Source: Zootoca vivipara (lineage: Eukaryota). From it: 64,000 nt of DNA. The position numbers were made by a program, and so were the translations under genes. Shown one piece after another: positions 57,414-64,000 of the stretch; the first letter of the stretch is position 1; each line of letters opens with the position of its first letter. Where the stretch lies: the NCBI RefSeq assembly GCF_963506605.1, contig NC_083281.1, forward strand, positions 41,788,001-41,852,000, given 5' to 3'. The notes below the pieces were generated by a model that worked only from the letters and a program-made list of their open reading frames with translations, made no database searches and was not told the origin of the DNA.

Positions 57414-58682
57414 TAGGTGCATTGCTTCTTTTTTCTGGTTGTAAAGTCTTTTCTACAGATTGGTTACGTTTGATATGAGACATCAGTGTTGTATACAGTA
57501 TACAGTCAGGGAAGAAGCGGGGGGGCAGGGAGAGAGGAGGGGTGGTGGTGAGTTCAGCAGCACCCCTCCCCACAAATCAGTATTCTGTGGCCACTGAACA
57601 TGTCTAGTCTTCATTTTTCTATTTTAATTTTTTTATAGAAACATTAGCACTCCCCACCCTCTAAGCCTTCAGAAACACACCCCATGTGTGTAGATTCTCC
57701 TTGTATATATACTGCTAATGTAGCAAAGTACAGCAGAACAAGAAAGCAAAGATTCAAGAAGATAACTGTGCTGAAGACACATGTTTCCATTTCACCTTTA
57801 TTCCACAGAGTGTGGTGGTTTGCATGTTACAACATCTCTGCCTCAGTATCACTCAAGGAATAAATAGTTTGTGTAAAATGCAATCATAGCGTGCAATTTC
57901 TCTCATGTGACTACTGTGTAATTTTTCCATATAGGGAGGTTTCACAAAAAATGGCTCCTTGTGTGAAAATGTGGCAATAAAATATTGTATGCAAAGTTAA
58001 GTAGCACAAAAATGAAGGTAAAATCAGTCCTCACTAGCAAGCGCTCATCATTCTTGTGTCAAAGGAGTTGGTCAAAAATGCTGGATGAGAACTAGGGATT
58101 CAATGACTGAAAGAAAGTTGCATTCTTGAAGGAATATTAACAAGGCCCAGGAGGGGGGGAAATCCCTGTACTTTAAAACCTACTTTTATATATACTACGG
58201 TATACAGTGGGAAACTGTAGAGAGAATGCCTGGCTCACCTCTTCTAGCTGTCTCACTGAGAAGGAAAGAGACCTAGGGGCATTATCAAATTGAAAGCAAA
58301 AATGGTTATGGTCTGAACAAGAATGGAGAAAAATGATTATGTTAAGACAGGACTTGCCAGTCTGACTCACACTGGAACAATGTCTTCTGACCCCCATAAA
58401 GCCCCTCAGCCCCCTTCCACAATGTACCCTGCTCTAAGACACACACCCACAACAGGGAAAGCTGTGACATGAAAAATCAGAAGAGAATTTTCACTGTTGC
58501 TTTCACAAGCATGAAAGCTGGGACCATGCAGAGTAGCCAGCTCCAGGAAGCCACAAGCCCTTCCCTGCAGTCATGGTGGGAGCTGCTCCCCCAATGTTTT
58601 CTTCCCCCTGACAGCTGGTAAGAGCAGCTACATCGGTTTCTGTGTGACTGGGAACATAAGCTGGATACCTCCAAGTCGGCAG

Positions 58683-61000
58683 TCACTCTGGGCTCCCCAA
58701 CTTCTGTTTCAGGATCAAATACTATGAAGAAGGGAGGTAGGGAAAAGAGAGAGAAAAGGGAGAAATAAGGAAATGAGTTGTGGATGAAATTTTGTCCTTT
58801 GTACAGCACCTAGTGCACTGTTGGTTCTGAAGAGTATTAAACACTAATAGGCACCAGCACACAATGTACCCCATTTAGACTCCAATGGATGCTGCCTCTG
58901 ACAATTTTAGCTATTTGTGGCTGAGCACCCACCCACTGAATTTAAAAGAACCAAAAGCTGAAGAATCATCCCAGACCCACCAACTCTTTTCTCAAGGGTG
59001 GGAGGGTGCTGTAGGCATCATATTACAAAGGTGTGAACAAGAAGTCACAGCTCCACACCACAGCACTGGCTCTCCTAGCCTCTCCTCCCCATGCACAGAG
59101 GAGTTCCTTGAGGACCAGCTCTTACGTTCTTACGGCTGGCAATCGCTTGTTGCAGCCACAGGAGCTCCATGGCCAGGTGCTTTCGGTAGCGCTGGAGGTC
59201 AGGCACAGCTTGGGGCATCTCTGGTACTTTTTGGAAATGAAGCTCTGCATAACAAAAGGTCAAGAAACCACTCTTAGTCTGGCCCCCATGCCTTTCCCTT
59301 CCCGTTGGCTCCTGTTCCCTGCCCCCCCACTACTAGGTAAGTTTATTGGGGCAGGAACCTGCCTTTTCAGCATAAGCAAAAAATACCATGTTGGGCGATG
59401 ATGCTGAAGAACAGAGAAAAACAGTAACTGTACTGCAAAGCAAAGGAAGACAGTGGGTGGGAGCTTGGAGTCTCAAATTGTTCCACATGCCTTACCATGG
59501 CTCAACTTTGGAGACTCCATGTTGAGGATCATGCTGCTCCATTCGGACGACATGCTGTTGTGCTGCTTGCCTTCCTCACTCTCTCCTGGCAGGCTGCAGG
59601 CATTCCCAGGGGACCTGCTCACAAGACACTCCTCCTCAACCTCAGTTTCTGCCACCACCTCAGGTGGAAGGCTGCTTGGAAGCTGCATCTTGCAATCAGG
59701 GTCCTTTTTGGAGAGTAGCTCTTCTTGACAACAAAGCGCTGCCTCCTTTTCATGCAACTTGTTCTTGCTGGCTCCTGGCTCTTGGACACTTAATTCCCTG
59801 GCTTTTATTGGTTTCTGGACAGACTATATTTAAGACAGAGGAAGAAAAGCACCATTTTCAGTACAAGGCTGCAACCTCACATTTACTGAAGCCAGTTCTC
59901 ATTTCCCTCTTCTCTTTCGTTCTGGTGCAATTAAAAGCCAGTGAAAGCACTGCCAGCTTCTACCAAGAGCAGAAAGAACCAGCAACCGTACCTTTGGAAG
60001 AAACGCTGGCACTGGCATAGAATGCCTGTTCCACTTCAGCCAGTCCAGATCCCCTTCAATCTCCTTGACGATGCTCTCATATTCCCCCTTTAAGCTTTGA
60101 AATCTCTTCCTGACCAGGTAACCCCTGACATGAGCCTAGGAAGAAAATGAATAATAAAAAATAACAATCACAAATTAGGAAGGAATTAGAAGCCATGAGC
60201 CCAAGCCTGGATATAACACAGGCCTTCTAGGGTTGCCATGACTCCCCCCCACTTCCTGGTCTTGTACCTTTAAAAAGCAGCCCAACAAGCAGGAATTATA
60301 TAGTGACACTTTTTCTATCTCCATCTTTGCCAGGCTGCTGTGGAGGACTCAGGAGAAAGCCCAGTTAGGAAGCTGGCAGTCCTAGTATACTCTGCTCCTG
60401 ACCCCAATCCCAAGAGAAGAGATGCTGGAGGCAGGAAAGGAAAGAAAGAGGAGCAAAAGGCATATGTATGTGTGTGTATTTATATATTACATGCTACCAC
60501 CACCACTTTTGAGAACTTTTCCCTATGGGCATTCTTTAACAGAAGCCACCATTTCCATTTAAAAACAGCAGCAGCACAAAATGCTTTAAGCAGAGCAGTT
60601 TATTTGCTGCAAGGAAATCACTGAGGAAAGGGGTGGGATGGGTGAAATGTGTATTTACGCAAAGCAGGCCATGTTGGGAAGGGAGAGTAATGGCTCAGCG
60701 GTAGAGCATCTCCTTTGCATGCAGAAGCTCCCAGTTTTACATGCATGCAGAAGTTCCTCTCGCCTGCTTTGCACCCACATCAAGCCTTCCGCCCTCCCAG
60801 GGCTGCTGCTCCTTTTCAGGGTCCCCAGGGGGATGAAGCCAAACCATGAGGACTAGCACCCCTAGGTCTGCCTTGAGTGACAGGTCCACCATGCCAACCG
60901 ATGCCACCCACTATCCTGGTTCCGGCACCTGAAGCGTCACCACCACCCTCCTCCTCCTCCTCAGCGTTAGCTCCTGCTGCTCTTCCTCGCTCTCCGTCAT
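58683..61000 (-). CDS. IQCC: IQ motif-containing protein C, 233 aa. Exons: 60929-61000, 59992-60135, 59496-59823, 59126-59244, 58683-58721
   Basis: MTESEEEQQELTLRRRRRVVVTLQ|AHVRGYLVRKRFQSLKGEYESIVKEIEGDL (IQ motif)...LQRYRKHLAMELLWLQQAIASRKN|YLILKQKLGSPE*; 702 nt; phases consistent. Confidence 0.9.
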
Positions 61001-61011
61001 CTTCGGCTTTG

Positions 61012-61044
61012 GCTGCCCAGGCAACCGCGCTTCCCGATGACGTC
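61012..61044 (-). promoter_or_regulatory. RFX X-box plus CRE-like site at the IQCC start
   Basis: GTTGCCTGGGCAGC (61012-61025, minus) and TGACGTC (61038-61044) in a CpG-rich patch just upstream of the ATG. Confidence 0.55.
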
Positions 61045-62167
61045 TCCGACGCGCCACAAGCGAGACCATTTCTTATTCTTGCAGTTCCCATGAGCAGTCG
61101 CGAGGTGGCGCTGCCCAGGCGCGCTCTTTGTTCTTTAGGCTGCCCACGTTGCAAAGGGAATGTGTTTCCCATTCCTTAGAGCTGGGCTTTTGCCGGTATG
61201 CTGCTTACTCTTACCTGGCCTCCCCAACACTGGCCAAATCTTCTGGGTCCTGTAACAGACTGCTGTTCTCCAGGTGCACCAAAGATGGCTTGTCCCCACC
61301 CCCGCGGAAACCCGCTCTTTAGCGCTGAATCAGAGCAAGCGTCACTTGGGGTCCCCCCCCACCCCCCAGGATTGCTCCCTTTGCTCCAATTCAGCGCTAA
61401 AGAGCAGGTTTTCTTCCGGGAAGCAACGGGGCAAGTGGGAAATCGCTTGGACTTACGCTTTCTAGCCATGGAACAAGTGTGAACAAGCCCTGAGGATGGT
61501 ACCGTAAACACCCCGCAGCCAGTATTAGGCCTGCTACTTCTCTCTTGCTCACTTGACTTTTCATTTTTTCAAAGCATTCATGCAATTAAAAAGCAAGGTT
61601 ATCTATTAACTCTAGAATACTTTATAAGCTTCATGTCTTTACTTTTAAAGCTCTTCATGATCAGTCTTCCTATCACTTGGCCTTGGTGTCCCCGCTATAG
61701 GCCTAGTTGCTCTGTTCATTCTTCTGATTCTGTGCTTATTCATACCATGGTTTCTTGCACTTTATGATTGTCCTTTTTCTCTCCCAGATGCTTGGAATTC
61801 TATTCTGGAACACTCGCAGGCTGCCCCTCACACTGTATGATTAAATCTCTGTTACATAAGAACATAAGATGAGCCTGCTGGATCTTTATGCCCCATCTAG
61901 TCCAGCATCCTGTTCTCAGTGACCAACCAAATGCCTGGGGAAAACCAGCAAACAGGATTCAAGCACTGTGGCTTCCAGAACCTGGTATTCAGAAGTATTG
62001 CTACCTCCGGCTGTAGAGCATAGCCATCATGGCTTGTAGCCATATTCAGGGAGGAGTTTTTTTTGCAGAAGATTCATCACCCAGATCCAAACCTCTATAC
62101 ATACTCCCCCGCCCCCAGCGCGCACACACACAAAAGGGAAAACCAACCAATTGCATAGAAAAATATT

Positions 62168-62173
62168 TTTATT
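62168..62173 (-). terminator. Polyadenylation signal of the SH3D21-like gene
   Basis: AATAAA on minus in an AT-rich patch about 900 nt after the stop at 63072. Confidence 0.5.
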
Positions 62174-63071
62174 TTAAATTAAAACGTTAAAAAGTTATGC
62201 ATAAAGAGTTTTGAGTATTTTCATCTACTGTATTAGGCACTGTCCATGAGCGAGTCAGATTTCTTCAGACATGCTTCTCTGCCTGCCCTGGGGCAGTTGA
62301 AAGAGACTGGGCAGTTTACCTAGTGCTCCCCACTGGGACATATTAAGAAGAGGAGGACCTAGGGCTAGGCAGAGGGTGATGTAGTCCAAGGCAGTAGGAA
62401 GGCACTAGGGTTGGAGAAAGTTGGTGCAGCCTATGGCAAGCTATATGACTGCTTCTGAAGGGAGACTGAAAACGTTTGCCCACATTGCAAAGAAACCAAC
62501 TGCTCCCAAAACAGTTTAGCTCCATCCAATGAAAGCAGTCGCTTGATTTGTAAGAACTCTTGGGTGGCTGAAGCATCTTAGCCCATTGGCGGGAGAAGCT
62601 ATGGCAGCCAAGCCAAATTTCATGTGCCACAAGCCTGCTCGGTTAGCCATGGCCTGGCTTCAGAGGGTAAAAAATGACCTGAACCCATAGTTGGTGTTTG
62701 TGGGCCAATATGGAGGGGGATACAGGAGGTGGGGGGGGGCAGGAAAGAAAGGTGTGTTGATCACCTTTGGTTTCACTTGACAAACACCCACTGCAGCATT
62801 GTCATAGCAACTGCTGCTGGACCATCCCAGTGACCGAGGTGTCCTTAGCCACAGAGCAGCTGCCTGAAGCAGGCAGGAGGAAAGTGCAAATGGGTGGCGG
62901 CAGGCACTGCTAGTCACACATCAATACAGTTCTCTGGATGTGGCTGAGATGGGAAGGCCACAGGCTGCAAAGCTGAGTGGTATCCTTCCCCACCACCAAA
63001 AAAGGCACAGATTCAGCCAAGAGGTCAATAGTGATAAGCCGAGAGAGAGAAGTTGCAGCAGTGCAACTCAT

Positions 63072-63924
63072 TCAGTCCTTGGTAGAGATTGCGGAGGGAG
63101 TGTTGGGAGTATTTGAGGATGGGATGGCAGGGCCTGCCAGCTCTATGGCTCCACTTCCAGGTGTGTGGCGCTTACTGTCCAGTGACCCAGGTACAGGCAC
63201 CGTCTGCTTCAGCCATTCAATTTCTGCCTGCAAAGGAAGGAGCAAATGAACGTGAGCCATGCACAGCTCCCAAAATTCAATCACAGGAACAACAAGACAT
63301 TGTGCAGCCTGTGGAAGCGGAGCGAAATGGCTGCTCTTCCCTGAGTCACGTATGGTCAAGTTTATTTCAACACCCAAGGCAGAAAATCCCACAATTATCT
63401 CTTCCTGGATGTAACCCCCCACCACCACCAATAAATTAAACAGTAGTTTTCAGCTTTTCATGACCTCCAAAATCTCCAGCCTGAGGCAACTGCCCCATTG
63501 TAACTGGCAAGGCCGGCCCCGCTTGGCTTTGGCTATGTGCAGTGGTGCCTTGCTAGAGGAATTTAATTCGTTCAACAGGTCTTTTCTTATAACGAAAAAT
63601 TCGTCTAGCGAATCCCATAGGAATGCATTGGATTTCTTTTGAATTTTTTTGCCCATAGGAACGCCTTAATTGAATTTCAATGCATTCCTATGGGAAACCG
63701 CGATTCGCTAGACGAATTTTTCGTAAAACAAATTGTCTAGCAAGGCAACCTCCGCTAGAAAAAAACTTTCGTTAAGCGGAAATTTTGTTAAGCAGGGCAT
63801 TCGTTAAGCGAGGCACCACTGTATTGCAAGAGTAATTCTCCCTCCAAAGCCATTTCCTACCTGTAAGGCGGCCCGCTTGGTCTGCTCATGTCCCATCACC
63901 ACCTTCAGATCCTCCATGTCTTTC
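63072..63924 (-). CDS. Last two coding exons (63861-63924, 63072-63227) of a CD2AP/SH3KBP1/SH3D21-family adaptor, probably SH3D21; partial
   Basis: KDMEDLKVVMGHEQTKRAALQ|AEIEWLKQ resembles the family C-terminal coiled coil (CD2AP KELEKLRKDLEEEKTMRSNLE|MEIEKLKK); 64-nt phase-2/0 penultimate exon; GT-AG sites. Confidence 0.65.
63540..63821. mobile_element. Mariner/Tigger-like MITE in intron
   Basis: CAGTGGTGCCT...AGGCACCACTG termini with internal inverted repeats. Confidence 0.8.
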
Positions 63925-64000
63925 CTGCAAGAGGAAGGGGAGACATGAATTTTGGAGGGGGGAAGAAAACAGAGGACCAACCCTCCTCCACCCCATTGTT

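Noticed and set aside
60816-61172. 118-aa GC-rich ORF as IQCC exon 1
   Set aside because: Wrong frame; the ATG at 61000 gives ...VTLQ|AHVRG joining the IQ motif in phase
63861-63924. CCDC28B exon expected from human synteny
   Set aside because: Translation and exon phase fit the CD2AP/SH3KBP1/SH3D21 C-terminus, not CCDC28B

Overview
Vertebrate (squamate, most likely lacertid lizard) genomic DNA, judged by Sauria SINE, Bov-B, CR1/L2, Penelope and hAT/Mariner MITE content. The supplied ORF track is largely uninformative because the genes are spliced. Reading exons by eye with GT-AG and phase checks gives, left to right: LCK 5' part (minus; SH4/unique/SH3/start of SH2, continues off the left edge), FAM167B (minus), an intact MTMR9-like pseudophosphatase gene (plus; syntenic with human pseudogene MTMR9LP), EIF3I (minus; one U12 intron), a CpG-rich bidirectional promoter, TMEM234 (plus), IQCC (minus), and the last two exons of a CD2AP/SH3KBP1/SH3D21-family gene (minus). 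Order and orientation match the human LCK-FAM167B-MTMR9LP-EIF3I-TMEM234-IQCC block, except that DCDC2B is not visible and CCDC28B is replaced by the SH3D21-like gene. Highlights: the intact MTMR9 paralogue with a candidate 60-nt cassette exon and a shortened coiled coil; a Penelope-type insertion with a 15-bp TSD carrying two inverted minimal hammerhead-ribozyme motifs; a 1.2-kb non-coding retroposed element with TSD and A-tail; and a compensated micro-frameshift in EIF3I. All comparisons to human proteins, exon sizes and gene order are from memory, not from searches.
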